Of a stretch of 64,000 nt of DNA, positions 12,695 to 27,699 are shown piece by piece. The notes beneath the pieces were generated by a model that worked only from the letters and a program-made list of their open reading frames with translations, made no database searches and was not told the DNA's origin. Source of the stretch: Selaginella moellendorffii (Eukaryota; Plantae; Lycopodiophyta); the NCBI RefSeq assembly GCF_000143415.4, contig NW_003314348.1, forward strand, positions 124,001 to 188,000, written 5' to 3'. Positions within the stretch are counted from its first letter, which is position 1, and each line of letters opens with the position of its first letter. A program made the position numbers and the translations under genes.

Positions 12695-13988
12695 ACTCGC
12701 TTATGATATTGAGTTTCATCCCTTAATATTTACTACATGATAATTTACTATGTTTACCAAACACCCTTACTATCATGCCCTATGTGTTGGTCCAATTTAA
12801 GTTCTATCAACTATTTATAGAAAGTGTTTAGATATACTAATTAGTTACATCTACAAAATGTAGAAAATGTCCTCAACACAATAATGTTATTCCTATGTCC
12901 AAATTCATAATCTAGCATCATTTCATATTTAGTAAGTTTTTGAGTTTTTCAGAGACTAAAAACATGCTTTCATATAGGTCTATAGGGGGTTCTAAATGTA
13001 TATTAAGGGTAGTAAGTATTGGTTGACTAATTTGAAATATTATCTAGTTCTTTATTGGGTGTATTTATCCTTATTTTACATCTAACTTAAGTTTAAGTTA
13101 AAGCTCTATACCAAGTTAACTAGTGGTATACCTATATCCTTATATCAAGCCATTGGTATGTTGTAATAGTGTTAAACTCCATTTGACTCTGTTTTGATAT
13201 TAATTTTAGTGTTGAGATACTACTATTTAAGTGTTGTTTTGTAGTTCTATTCCTTCCTTCCTTAAGTATGTGTAAGCAATTAAAGAGAACAATTTAAAAG
13301 ATGGTCTATAAAGATTCAAATATAAAGGGAAAAAGGCCTATAATAAAAGTGCATCTCATTTTTTCAATTAGTTAATAGTCTTAAAACACTTAGGATTAAA
13401 CATCCTTAGGTTTGAATAATACTAAGCTAAATGACCTCTCAAGAAGTCTAAATTTAAGAGCTTATGTTTGGTATTAGAAGAGTTTTAGATACGATTCTAT
13501 TAGTTGGCTAGGGGAATCACACTATATGTTGAGATTGATATCTAGTAAGTTTAATTTGCCTTTTGGTAGGCTCGACTTGAGGGGTAAAATGTTAAGAGAG
13601 GGAAACTCTTGGGAGAGTTGTGGCTCTTAACTTCCGTTCATGAGGGCGTGAACTTACAAGAAAGTGTGGTGGATTATAAATATAGCCAAATAGAATAATA
13701 TGAAATATAGTCTATTAGGATTTAAATAAAGAGGGAAAAGGGCTTATGAATAAGAGTGCACCCCCTTGAGATATTTGGGGTTACATGTCCTTGGGTTTAA
13801 ATAGTATTGGGCTAAGTTACCTCTCGGGAAATTTAAATTTAGGAGCTTACAATATGCTTATATCTTATCCCTTCATTTAGTGGCCCAAAACTTATGCTTG
13901 ATTGCCCTTGGCACACAGATCTAAGGGTTAAATTCTATTTCATGGTTATCCTATCATAGAGTATAGGATGAACACCATGTGCACTATA
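12695..13988 (+). mobile_element. Decayed copy of the ~1.3-kb LTR family (5' LTR, followed by degenerate PBS tttagtatcaaaag), interrupted by a Cassandra-like TRIM
   Basis: Colinear with 51420-52649 (e.g. catctacaaaatgtag...gtccaaattcataatctag, and the end atggttatcctat...ccatgtgcactata). Confidence 0.7.
13271..13851 (+). mobile_element. Full-length decayed Cassandra-like TRIM (~580 bp)
   Basis: LTR 13271-~13466, PBS tggtattagaag, ~200-bp internal region, PPT, LTR ~13675-13851 ending ttaca. TSD GTATG/ATATG. 5S-like core in both LTRs. Confidence 0.8.
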
Positions 13989-15615
13989 TTTAGTATCAAA
14001 AGGATTAGTCTCAATGATTTTTATGTAATAAAATTGGGTAACTAATCTTATTGTATATGCAAAGATGAAAATAATAATCCAAATGGGTATATGTTTGGTT
14101 GTTATAGCTTTACATATAGCTTTGGGTATGGATTTTGGCACATAATATTTTATACAACTTTATATGAGTTTTTGCTTGGGCTCATTAGGTGGTTTTGAGA
14201 TGTATGAACTTATACTTAAGGATTGATATTAGCCTATCCATGAGTTATTACTATATTAGGGTAAAAGTATACCTCCATATAATTGGTGAATAGGTTAGTT
14301 TGTAATTGTTTAGCATGACATTAGTGAATTCTTCTTAGGCATGATTACGAGTGGATTAATCAAGAGTATAGAGATTAATCTACTGGTTCAAGTAGTCATT
14401 ATTGTGCTTTTTTACAAACTTTTCTTAGATTGAATTTAAAGTAGTGCAAATATAAATTTAAGGTTTAATTTGAAAAGAGAGTTATCATGGATGAATGATC
14501 AAATATGTAAATAATCTTCTCTTTTTTGAAAGGCAATTTGTAATAAGATGTGATCTCATTGCTTGTATTCATATTATACAATTGAGAGTCCCTACTTCAA
14601 TATATATTGGTTATGGTGGTCTTAGAAGTGGTATATCATAGATTAGAAAGCAATAAAGCACTAAAGCATTTTACTTATATTTGCTATCAGAATATTTAAG
14701 TTGTAATGCTCAATTCTTTTCTAGAAAACCTTACTATTTCTCCTTAAGTAATTTAGTATTAAATTAGTTTTAAGTTTAGTCAGAAAGAGAGTGGCATGAG
14801 CTTGCCTATAAATCTTTAATAATGGGGTATAACATTTATATTGCATTTTGTTGATTAGAGTTAACACTTAATACTAGTGTCAATCTTTGTAGTAGTAATA
14901 TAGGCTTTTGTCAAGACATTATAATTCTTATATCATATCCTTGTGATTATAAGTAAGTTGTTTATTCAAAAATTCATTAACCCAAAAATGGTTAATAGTG
15001 ATGCTAATCTACTTGTAAGTAGTAGTCTCAACTAAGTTTTTCATAAGTAATCTATTAAATGCTAAACTAGTATCAATACCTTGGTTTTTTGAGGTAAGGG
15101 CCTGCCTGATGAAGTATCCATTGGAGCTGGCCACTCCAAGGCTTCCTAAACACATACAACCTGTAAATTCTTAAAATATCAATGATACAGAAATATCTAG
15201 CACTTCTAAGAGGGCATCCAACATCACAAAACCTCAACATAGGCACATGCTCTATTCAGTCATAGTTTCAAACACATAACAAAGATTTTACAAAGACCAT
15301 TTGTGGCAAATACTCCTAGATTCCAAATCGCAAGGACACTATATTTATCTTGGCCATGCTTTTGAACAACGCTTCTGAATTTTACATATCAAGGGTTTTT
15401 TTTTCAAATACATGAATTAAGACACGAGGTTTAGAACACTTCCACAAATTCCTATGAGCAAGTTCGCCAGGAACTTCTCGTGCCGCATGCCTGGTCTTGG
15501 GAAATGCAAGCATGGATGCATCTGGCATTGATCGAGGCAGATTTGGGTGGATTTTATCTGGAATTGGGAATCTAGAATTGAAAACTATGGAGAAAAAGCT
15601 AGAAAAACTGTTCAT

Positions 15616-15793
15616 GACAGCTACTGACCACTCCAAGGCTTCCAAGTCGCTTTAAAAGTCCGGAAATATTGACACAAGCACCACAGAAATGGATCTAGCA
15701 CAGAAAGACAGCTACTGACCACTCCAAGGCTTCCAAGTCGCTTCAAAAGTCGGGAAAATATTGACACAAGCACCACAGAAATGGATCTAGCAC
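15616..15793 (+). repeat. ~91-bp tandem duplication of the P450 5' UTR and start codon
   Basis: gacagctactgaccactccaaggcttcc...cacagaaatggatctagcac at 15616-15701 and 15707-15793. A third decayed copy lies at ~15125-15203. Confidence 0.9.
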
Positions 15794-17327
15794 TTGCTGT
15801 GAGCTTCTTAATTTTCATTGCTCTCTTGATCTTGTGGTTCTTGAAAGCTGGCTCAAATCTTCCACCAGGTCCATGGGGATTACCCCTGATTGGCCACTTA
15901 CACTTGCTAGCAGGAATGCCCCCGCACAGAGCATTGCAACGCATAGCCAACAAGTATGGTCCTATTACTTCCTTGAGGCTGGGAATGATCCCAACTGTGG
16001 TAATATCCAGCCAGGAGCTTGCCAAGGAGGTCTTCACCGCACACGATTTAAATTTTGCTTCCAGGCCATACTTGGCTTTCTGGAAGCACCTCATCTATAA
16101 CTTTTCTGGAGGTTCAAGTAGTCCCTATGGAGAGCTATGGCGAAACACCCGCAAGCTCTGTACAATGGAGCTCTTCACGGCCAAGTGTATCGACTCCTTC
16201 TCCTGGGTCAGAAGGGATGAGCTTTCTCGTGCCTTGGAGGGAATTTTGAAGGCCCATGGCGATGGCAAACCTGTGGAGGTGAGAAAAGTGGCCAGTGTTT
16301 TCTCCTTCAACGTCACATCACGAATTTTGATGGGTAAGAGGTACTTTGGTGATGAAAACGTAGATGCCCATGCCATGGAATTCAAGGAGCTCAACGACAA
16401 TGTTCTTGAGCTGGCGATCAATCCCTGTGTTAGCAACTTGGTGCCCTGGTACTTGCGATGGCTGGACTGGCAGATCCCTCGCTACAAGCGAATCCATGCC
16501 AAGCAAGACGAGTTCTTGCAAAAGATTGTTGAGGAGCACAAAGAGAGGACACGGGAATGCAAGGACTTCCTGGATATCATGCTCGACTTCTTTGGAGCAG
16601 GGACACAAGGGGAGACTTACGTAAAGGCGAATCTCATGGTAAGCTTTTTGCAAAACTTCTCCTTGATTGACTAACAGGTATTTCTTATGCTACAAATGCC
16701 CAGGAGATGTTTATTGCTGGAACTGATACCACCACCACCGTCAGCGAGTGGCTCATGGGTGCAGTGATGCACAATCCTCGAGTCATGGCCAAGCTCCACG
16801 AGGAGCTCGAGAGGGTTGTGGGCAACACTCGGATGGTACAAGAGTCGGACCTGCAAAAGCTTGAGTACCTCCAGATTGTCCTCAAGGAATCACTCAGACG
16901 CTATCCCCCGGGAGCCTTACTCCTGCCGCGCATCTCAAGGCAAGCAGCAAACGTTGGCGGCTTTCACATTCCAAAAGGGACCACTCTCCTGGTGAATACA
17001 TGGGCGATTGGAATGGATCCGGCAGTGTGGGAGAATCCCACACAATTCCACCCGGAGCGCTTCTTGGGGAGCTCCATCGATGTCAAAGGCCACAACTTTG
17101 AGCTCCTCCCGTTTGGTTCCGGGCGGAGAAAGTGTCCGGGAATGGGCATGGGATTGCGATCGGTGGAGCTGCTCGTGGCAAATCTCATCCATGGCTTCAA
17201 TTGGAGCTTTGTGCCTGGGACAATGCCGTCCATGGAAGAGGTTTACCGCAGTGCTCTGAAGCTCGAGACCCCATTGCAAGCCATGGCCAGTCCAAGGCTC
17301 CCCCAGGAGGTCTACACCAAATTTTAA
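15781..17327 (+). CDS. Cytochrome P450, CYP71 clan (A-type); 2 exons (15781-16638, 16704-17327)
   Basis: LPPGPWGLPLIGHLHLL, AGTDT, ESLR, PERF, PFGSGRRKCPG. Single conserved A-type intron before the I-helix. Confidence 0.93.
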
Positions 17328-17901
17328 AGATCACTTATCATGGCATTCAATGAAATAAATTAGTCTCACCACGGGTTATTCGAAGCAATGAAATTATTAT
17401 TATTATTATCATTATATTCTGTTTTGGCAGTCTTGCGGTGCCCACCAAGAAGCATGAGAATGCCAAGCAAGATGTCACGGCCTGGACTGCAAGGAACACA
17501 ACAAATTTACAAACTTGTTTGCACAGTCTCATGTGGAAGGGCGCTTACAACCGTTTTTATTGTCAAATTAGCCAAACATTAGTAGTCATGGTGCCATTTA
17601 AATTGTTGGGCTCGCCAAACAACCATAGCAGGAGAATCCGATGAACCAGGAACTCCACATTTACAATATCACCCTTGAACACCCACTTCCATGGTGCGAG
17701 TGACATACAGCGAGATCCGGAGGGATGGTCAATGTCCTGTGGCCCTGTGCGCTGACAATGTAGCTTCCGATAACACGGTTCAAGCGGGAGAAATCTTCTG
17801 GCACGTAAAGTCAAGTAGGTATATCATATAGAGGAGAAAATGTTACTTCACAACACACACACAGACCACACGCAAACATATCTCGCAAACTTAAGTTTTT
17901 T

Positions 17902-19353
<1,452 letters not shown>

Positions 19354-19635
19354 GCCTGTGGACCCTGGAGCAAAGAAATTCGAGTGAGGGGGAATCCGTC
19401 AAAGATCGCGCATGATACGAGCAATCTCTGCGAGATGACGATTCACCTCGTGTTTCTAAGCACAAAGAGCACGAATCGAATGGAACACAACCTGTCAAAG
19501 CTCATGATGCACACACGGAAAGCAAGCATTAGAACCCGCAAAAATTTCTCAACACATTCGAATAAACGCCAGCTCGTCAAAGATCATGATAGCAGCACTA
19601 AGAGTGGGCAGGAAGAAAGACTTGGAAGAATCTTC

Positions 19636-19770
19636 AGGAAAATTCAACAAGACAGAAAGCTTAGCTAGAACAGGAACTCCAATTCTCCAAAAGGAAATTC
19701 AAACAAGACAGAAAGCTTAGCTAGAACAGGAACTCCAATTCTGCAAAAGGAGATTCAAACAAGACAGAAA
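19636..19770. repeat. ~56-bp tandem repeat (2.4 copies) in the probable 5' UTR intron of the tubulin gene
   Basis: aattcaa(a)caagacagaaagcttagctagaacaggaactccaattct is repeated. Confidence 0.8.
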
Positions 19771-21244
19771 AACATGAACAAAGAAGAAGCACAGAACCAG
19801 AAGTGTTGGAGAGAACCTGCTTGAAGATAAAAGGTTGAGCGACAGCGTCCTTTCGAGATTGAGAGAATGAATGCAGTGAGTAGGGCTTAAAGGACTTCTA
19901 TTCCACTCCTAGGAGTGCCGGAAAGGAATCGAAACCGACACACCTCTCAAGGGATAAGAACTGACAAGGAACCGCGACCAAACTCTATATTATTCCTAAG
20001 CAAATCAAAACAAGACTCTGTGACTGATTCGACAGCAATCCCAATCGATCTGGTGGGATTGAAGAAGACTTCGCAGCAACAACACATACTCTTGGAGTAG
20101 CTACACGGACAAGGAGCAAAAACAATGCCTCTACGCGAACCTTTTGGCGTGATAATTGATCCGGGACTGTCTTAGCGATCACGAACGATTTTCTCCAGCA
20201 CTCTCGTACGAAAACAGCTAGTTTTGTGTGCCTGTAACAGCGTTATGAGAAGCAGTACCGCAAAATAAATTTAAATAAAAAATAAAAAATGATAAGAATT
20301 CGTGAAGTTTATGAAAGACTCACAGCGAGATGGCGCCACCCAACTTCTCTGGACAGCTGACAACCAACTTGTGTGCGTCGTGGTCACTGACATTATGTCT
20401 TGCCGCAATTGGAGCAGCCACCGGATGCAAATAATCAAAACAACGTACCATTCGCATTGTTTTGGTCCAACATTGCCTTGTATCAAACTCTAAACCCGAG
20501 GTTTAGTTAGATTCAGAGAATGAGCAGCGCTCTTCGATCTGGCACGCGTAGCATGCCTAGTTACGAAGCTCACAAGAAAATAAACGTACCAGGCGCCGCT
20601 CCGCCCACGGTCTAAGTTAAGGCTTTGGAAAGGAGAATATCCTGTTCGACGGGTAGGAATACTTCACACCAATGCGAATATGCAAAGCGAATAATTGATG
20701 GAGCTGTACCAAGCCAAAGTTTTGAAAAGCGCCCATTCGATTCGCGCCCGCCCCTCCCGGCCCATTCCCATGTCTCTGTACGGACGGCGGGCTCGCATCG
20801 CAGCCGTTCCACCGGCATCCAACGGCCGGCGCGCCGCCGTTTAAGTTTCGTGCATTACCTACCGTTAAAACGCGGGGTCCGGTTTAAAGAGCTCTCGCCT
20901 TTGATTTTTAAAGAGCCCAGCATCGCCAGAAGAGACGAAGAGGAACAACATACAGGGGCTAGGGAAGAATGTCCGTTTCTTCTCGATGGGAGCGCCTTGA
21001 TTTCGTCGTCAGTAGCTGGGCACAGCGCGGCATGGCGGGAGCTCTCATCGTTTGTGTAGATTTTCGTTCGGATCTGTGCGGGATCGCGGGCCGGACGAGG
21101 CCCCTCGCTCGCGTCATTCGCCCGCTGGTCTAAGCCGACCTAGGGGGCTGGGATCGGCAGTAATCTCTGCTGCTCGGCCGCGCGCTCGATATTTTGGGCG
21201 CTTCCTTTCAGCGATCAATCGGTCAGTCGTCGAAATCGATCGCC

Positions 21245-23212
21245 ATGGTCGTGGTCACCGCGGGTCGAGGCTGGGCGTATTTCGATCCGGAGTATGAGTC
21301 GCTCAACGCGAGCTTGAATCCACCGAGGTATCTATCCAGAGTGAAAGATTTCGCGCTAGCTAGGCTCTGGAAGCTAGATTGATCTTGCTTTCCTCCTCTC
21401 AGGGTCGTGATCGAGAATGCGGCATTTACAGATGCGACGGTGATCAAGGTACTCTCTAGAAAAACTTTCTGCGCATTGCGCTCTTAGATTTGGATTTGCG
21501 AGGGATGGGATGCCTGAGATGTGTATCTTTTGCAGCTGGACAGCGTCAATCGCCATGGAATCTTGTTGGAGGTTGTCCAAGTCTTGACTGATCTCGATCT
21601 CTTCATCAGCAAGGCCTATGTTTCGTCCGACGCTGGCTGGTTCATGGATGGTATGTGATCAATCCCGTTCTCTTTTGATCGATCGCATCGCACTGTTCTT
21701 GTTTTTCTTTTGCCAGTATTTCACGTAACCGATATCGACGGGAACAAGATCACCGACGAGGAAGTTCTCAAGTTCATCCAGGAGGTATGTGGATTCCCAA
21801 CAATGGTTGAGTGTCAAAGCTCATTTCTTTCTTTCTGCCGACCAGTCGCTGGAGAAGAAAGCGGCAGAGATGCCTTGGATTGGATCCAAGTGCTCCAATC
21901 CTTCAAAGGTATGCTCCGCTGAGGGAGGAGAGATCACCCGCGTCAGCCTGGGAACAGGTCCTCACCAACACACTGCGATTGAACTTTCAGGCCCCAACCG
22001 ACCAGGCCTGCTGTCCGAGGTCTTCTCAACGCTCAGCAGCATGAACTGCAACGTCCGCTCCGCCGCCGTGTGGACACATAACCTCAGAGTCGCCGGCATG
22101 ATCTTCGTGGATAACGCTTGCAGCAGCGGTGGCCCCATTGAGGACTGTGACAAACTTAAAGACATCAAGGACCGGCTGTGCCGCGTGATCCGTGCCAACG
22201 ACGGCGAGCGAGGTGGCGGTGCCGGCAGGACGGCCGACTTTTTCTCGGGTTTGACACACATGGAGCGGAGGCTACACCAGATGATGTCCGCTGACGAAGA
22301 TCACTCCGGCGAAAGTCGCGAGCTCGAGGGACGACTTGGCGACGAGACGGAGCAGCGCACGGTAAACGGGAAAGGCAGACCCGCTGTTACGGTCCGGAAC
22401 TGCGTCGAGCGGGGCTACTCAGTAGTGAACATTCACTGCCGGGACCGCTCCAAGCTCCTTTTTGACACTGTTTGCACGCTGACAGACATGGACTACATGA
22501 TCTTCCACGCCACCATCCTCTCCGAGGGGTACTTTGCCTATCAGGTACAGGAACTTGTTGCTTCTTCCAACTTTCTTCTGCTTCTTTTGCCGGACTCATC
22601 ACGCTAGCTACGCCCGTGCAGGAGTTCTACATTCGTCACACTGACGGCTGCACGCTGGAGACGGACGAAGAAAGGCAGCGGCTCATAAAGCGCCTGGTTG
22701 CCGCGATTCAAAGGCGATTCCCTGAGGTACTTTCTTGTTGGAACCGGAAGTAAAAGAAAGAGACCCGCGCTTTATGTGTGCCTGACGCGATTGTTTGTTC
22801 GATCCATCCATTGTAGGGGCTGCGGCTGGAGCTTTGCACCTATGACCGGGTGGGGTTGCTCTCGGACGTGACCAAAGTCTTTCATCGCCACGGCCTGTGC
22901 GTCACCCGGGCCCACGTCTCCACCACACGGGCCGGCACGGTAGCCAACACCTTCTACGTCACGGACGCGGCCTCCGGCGACGCCGTGGACATGAGAACCG
23001 TGGAAGCCATCCGCGAGGAGCTCGGGCAGGCCATGCTCAACGTGAGGAGCGCCCCGGTTTGCCCCCAGCTGCTCGGCCTCGACGACTCGCCATCGCCAAG
23101 GTTCTCGCTGGCGGCCTTCTTTAAGTTACACTCGGAGCGCATTCTCTACAGCCTGGGCCTCATCACCTCCAAGGACTCGGCCCCTTCCACATCTAGAGCA
23201 GCGGCCTTGTAA
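21245..23212 (+). CDS. ACR: ACT-domain repeat protein (ACR family); 7 exons
   Basis: YFDPEYESL..NPPRVVIEN, DSVNRHGILLEVVQ, SSDAGWFMDVFHVTD, GPNRPGLLSE, RDRSKLLFDTVCTLTD, DRVGLLSDVT: four ACT repeats with GT-AG introns. Confidence 0.92.
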
Positions 23213-23760
23213 AGAGTTTCGTTTGCTCTTGTCGACTGACCACCACCCGCGAGATTGTACAGACGCATTATACCACCATCGCCATCGTCATCATCTTCGC
23301 TTGACAAGGATCTTTACTTCCTACACACGACGATATCATTCCTCGAGTTAGATCCACACCAAAGCAAGACAAAGAAAATCACTACCTATAGAAGAGATAG
23401 ATCACTGTAACATATCCATTTGCTCGTTCTATATCAAAAAGGTTGTAGCTACTCTAGCTACAATATACTTAATCTGGGCGTGCAAAGCAAAGAATATTGG
23501 CGTCAGTGGCCAACGATCAATCACGACACAGACTCCCGGTTGCTTCGAATCTTTTCACATTTTTGAGTTCTTCCGCTTAGCTTGCTCTGTTACTGCAAGG
23601 TAGCTGTCAGTGCGTTGAGATCCAAAAAGGAAAAACAGACATGAAAGCAAAAAAAAAAAAAAAAAAAAAAACACGTTGGATACTCCATGACAGCAGCCGG
23701 CATCAAGTGTTGCTTGCCTCTCTCGTCCGCTTTGTTTGTCCCTCTGATCTTTAGCAGCTA

Positions 23761-26424
23761 TCATTGTTGCCGGCTTCTCAGTGGCCACTCGGATTCGTGG
23801 CCACTCCTTGGTGGCGTCCAGTCCTTGCTTTGCTGATACTCGCCGCTGGAGACGGAGGGATTGACACCATAGTCGCTCGTCGCGCCGCTGTATTCGCTGC
23901 CGTATTCCTGGCTGGTGCCCAGTGCCATCTTTCTAAATCTCCGCAGGTCGGTGCTATACTGTGTCGAATCATAGTCGTCACTGGCGAATGGCGAGTCGTG
24001 CAGGCCACTAAACCCGGGCCTCGAATCTGAATCACTTTCCAGAGCACGAACGATCTGCAAGTAAAAAGGGCATAAAAAATGAGAGATCAGCGTCAATCCA
24101 TCAATCACGCAGAAATACACGCGCAGCGCGAAGAGAACCGTAGACGCATCGCATCAAATGCTCCGGTACGTACCTGTGCCATTTTTGGTCGCTTATTAGC
24201 TGAGTGTCTAACGCATGCCGCGGCTGATCGGAGCATCCTAAGCATCTCGTCCTTGCTGTATTCATTCAGCAATGGATCGGCCATAAGATCCAAGTTTTGT
24301 GTCTCTAGCGCCTGGTTTATCAATGGTCGAGACTGAAAATGCAGGAGCACTGTGTAAGAAAAAGGCATGGGCAACAACGTCAAGGAGTACGTACCCACTC
24401 AACCAAACTTTCCTCCCCAAGAGGCTGAGATGTGTCTACGGGCTTGCGGCCAGTAATCAGTTCGAGTAGAACTACGCCGAAAGAATAAACGTCGGATTTG
24501 TCCGTGAGCTTTCCACTGGAAGCATATTCAGGCGCCAAGTACCTGGTGACGGACAAAGATAACGCTCAGAACAGAACAATCCTATCTGACTTCAGAGAAT
24601 TTACCCGAATGTTCCCATAACTCGAGTAGTGACGTGTGTGTGAGCATCGGATGCAAGCTTTGCCAATCCGAAGTCGGCTACCTGTTGAAACATACAGATA
24701 TCCGTCAACAAAAGAAGAAAACGACATACAAACGACCTCTGTACCTGAGCTTCAAAGTTACTATCCAGTAATATGTTAGACGATTTTATGTCGCGATGAA
24801 TAATTTTCGGATGACCTGTCCAAGCCGTTAAACAAACAGTACGCGAAATCAAAGGAACTTACAATCTTCGTGAAGATACGCTAAGCCCCGAGCAGAGCCA
24901 ACAGCAATCTTCATTCTTAAACTCCAGTCAAGTAAAGGTCTGCCTTTGCCTGTAAAGTTTGTAAGAGTCAAACATTTTCCCGAAAAAACGGTGGCCCTTT
25001 TACCGTGGAGATGATGTTCTAATGTGCCATTAGGAACGAACTCATAGACAAGAAGACGCTGAGTTTCAGAAATGCAGTAGCCTACCAATGTTACAAGATG
25101 ACGATGATGGATCCGGGTGATAATCTCCACTTCCGCCCGAAATTCACGTTCGCCTTGTCCTCCTCCAATCTTGAGCTGTTTTACAGCCACCTCCTGTCCC
25201 CCTGGTAAGATTCCCTTGTATACACAGCCAAAGCCTCCCTCTCCAAGCATGTTGGCTCTAGAAAACCCGTTGGTAGCCTGTGCTAGATCTTCATAGCTAA
25301 AGAAAGATCCATTGGACCCCTGTCCTCTCGTAGGTGCATGCCCAAGAGAGCCTGAAGGTGGCATTGGAGGAAAGAATGGCTTTCCATTTGCATCAGACGC
25401 GGACGAGTAACCGGAATCAAATCTTCGTCCCGGATCATAGTAAGTGTCTGCCCCTGAGATAAATCAATTCAGAAAAGAAAGAGAGAACGTCAAACTGCTC
25501 ACCATCCTTGTGATAAAACGAGTGAGCTGCTCCAAAGTTCTGTGTGTTCCCGGTGCCCGATCTTCTTCTCTTCCTTGAAAAGCAAACGACCAAGAGGACC
25601 AGCATTGCCACGACCACCACGCCCCCGATAGCAATGCCTACGATCGTTGAGCTCGCAACGCCAGACGAACCTGTTTGGCCATTCGGTATAGACGTTGGCG
25701 GCGATAGAACAGCAGGCGGACTTGGTGTTCCTGGAAAGAGCGATGGAGTGCCGGTGGGAGGCGAAACTCCAGTTGGAACCGTCGTAGTAATATTAGGCAG
25801 CAGAGGTGGCGACTGAGTTACAGGGGACGTTGGCGGAGTTGCTGCCGGCAAAGGTGGCGACGAGTCATCCGCTGGAGGAGGTGGCGAAGAGTCACCCGCT
25901 GGAGGAGGTGGCGAGAGCCTTCTCGAAGGACGAGGAGGCGGGGCCGAGGAGCCTGGATCAGATGACGATGGTGGCGGGGAGCCGGATTCGTCCGGCGGAG
26001 CTGGCGGAGAAGGAGCAGTGGGATTCGGCGGCGGTGGAGAGTTTACGACAGGAGCTGGCGGAGATGGTGTCAAATCCGGAGGCGGAGGGGACGCTGACGC
26101 CGCTGGAGGAGGAGCAACGATCACAGGAGGTGGCGGAGAAGATTGAGGGACAGGCGGCGGAGACGAAGGGACTGACGGAGGCGGTGAAGCCTGAGGGGCA
26201 GGAGGCGGAGGAGACGGATTTTGTGGGGGAGGAGACAAAACCACTGGAAGTGGCGGCGGGGGAGACGACGCAGGAGGAGGAGCAGTGGCAGCGGGAGGAG
26301 GAGAGAGCACTGGAACGGGCGGAGGCGCGAGAATCACCGGCGCCGGAGGGGTGCCCCCGGCGAGTGGCGGCGACGCTGGCAGGGGCGGAGAGGTTGCCGG
26401 GGGCGATGTAGAAGGCGCTGACAT
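23761..26424 (-). CDS. PERK: Proline-rich extensin-like receptor kinase (PERK family)
   Basis: SPPP-rich ectodomain, TM ([22 protein letters not shown]), kinase motifs [38 protein letters not shown], and PERK-type C-terminal DYDSTQY...FRKMAL. Confidence 0.93.
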
Positions 26425-27013
26425 TTTGCTGGCATCCAAGCCGTTCGGGATCTCGAGCCTCAAGAATCACGGAGAAGGAGAATGCCGGGACATAGCATTG
26501 GCGACGGGCGAGCGATCGATGCGATAGCGAGCTACATTTGCCGGATTACGGCCACTTACCGGTCGATGATCGAGGTGGAGCTCCGAGGATACGTGCGATC
26601 GTCTCCCCCTCCGCCTCCACTATCCGGCCAAACCCTAGGGCGCATGGCGTAGAGGCGTTCTTGCCCCGTGCTAGTCGTGCAGAGGACGAGCGCCGAAGCG
26701 CGTGGAAGGAAAAGAAGGAAGTCGCAAGACCGTATATTCCGTCCTGGTCAAACGGATATGTTGCGTATATTCCGTCTGGTTATCAGTCGGATGTGCGAAG
26801 CACGACCACACGTTTTGGCGCTCACGACCACGGTTTGTCCGGACTCGTGAAATTCGTTGTCTGGATTATTTCCAAGTTATAAGATGAATTCCCTACCACC
26901 ATTTCAAGAAATTACTCCTATTACACGGCCGTGGACTTTTTATTTGCAAGCTGTACCATTGAGGGTGAGATACGGTCATTTGATTTGAAAAGTAGAGAAC
27001 ACTATTAACAACC

Positions 27014-27075
27014 AGGAGTTGAAGAGCATCGATCCCCTTAGCAATTGCATGCAAAGCTTTACTTCTGAGCTACCG
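27014..27075 (-). pseudogene. Degenerate tRNA-Ala(UGC)-like relic or SINE head
   Basis: Reverse strand reads gtagctcagaagtaaagc-tttgcatgc-aattgctaaggggatcgatgctcttcaactcc: A-box, Ala anticodon loop TTTGCAT and T-arm-like GGGGATCGAT, with deletions and a broken acceptor stem. Confidence 0.45.
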
Positions 27076-27699
27076 TTAATGACAGATCATTTTGTAAAAA
27101 ACATGGGAGGCGGGAAGAGCATTTCCCATAGGGTACTCTTTCTCTGTTTATTTTCTTTTAAAAATATATTAAATTATTGATATATACTTCATTGTTTTTT
27201 TCTCTTTGTCCCAACTTCTTGGATATTACTTGATGTTTACACTATCATATGGAATATTGTATTGATCACTTTGAAAACAAGACATAAGAGCAATTTAGAT
27301 TCACTTTTGAAACTTTTATATTTCAATCCTCTCATTCAAATTTTTCTTATTGATATCTTTTAGAAATGCTCAAATTCCAAAACACATAGGGTGGGCCTCC
27401 TAAAAAACTGTATAAGCTTGCAAGATATATAAAATTAAAACACATATGTGTTTGAATGGTGGTACACAAAATAATTTACTTTTTTTCAAGGTATATATGC
27501 ATATGTTCTATATATCCACATCCAAGGAAGGTGGCAGGCACTCAAATTACCCAATCTTGATACAGGGGGTAGTGACAATAAATAACAATACTAGGCTTCC
27601 AAAGTCTATATATGCATGGATGTCCACATATAATCCATATTAGTTTATTGCCACATCAACATCTTTTTCTTTTTTTAGTTTCAAACCATAAAATCATCT

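Noticed and set aside
25806-26470. Alternative-frame ORFs over the PERK proline-rich exon
   Set aside because: Low-complexity CCN repeats keep other frames open; no independent evidence.
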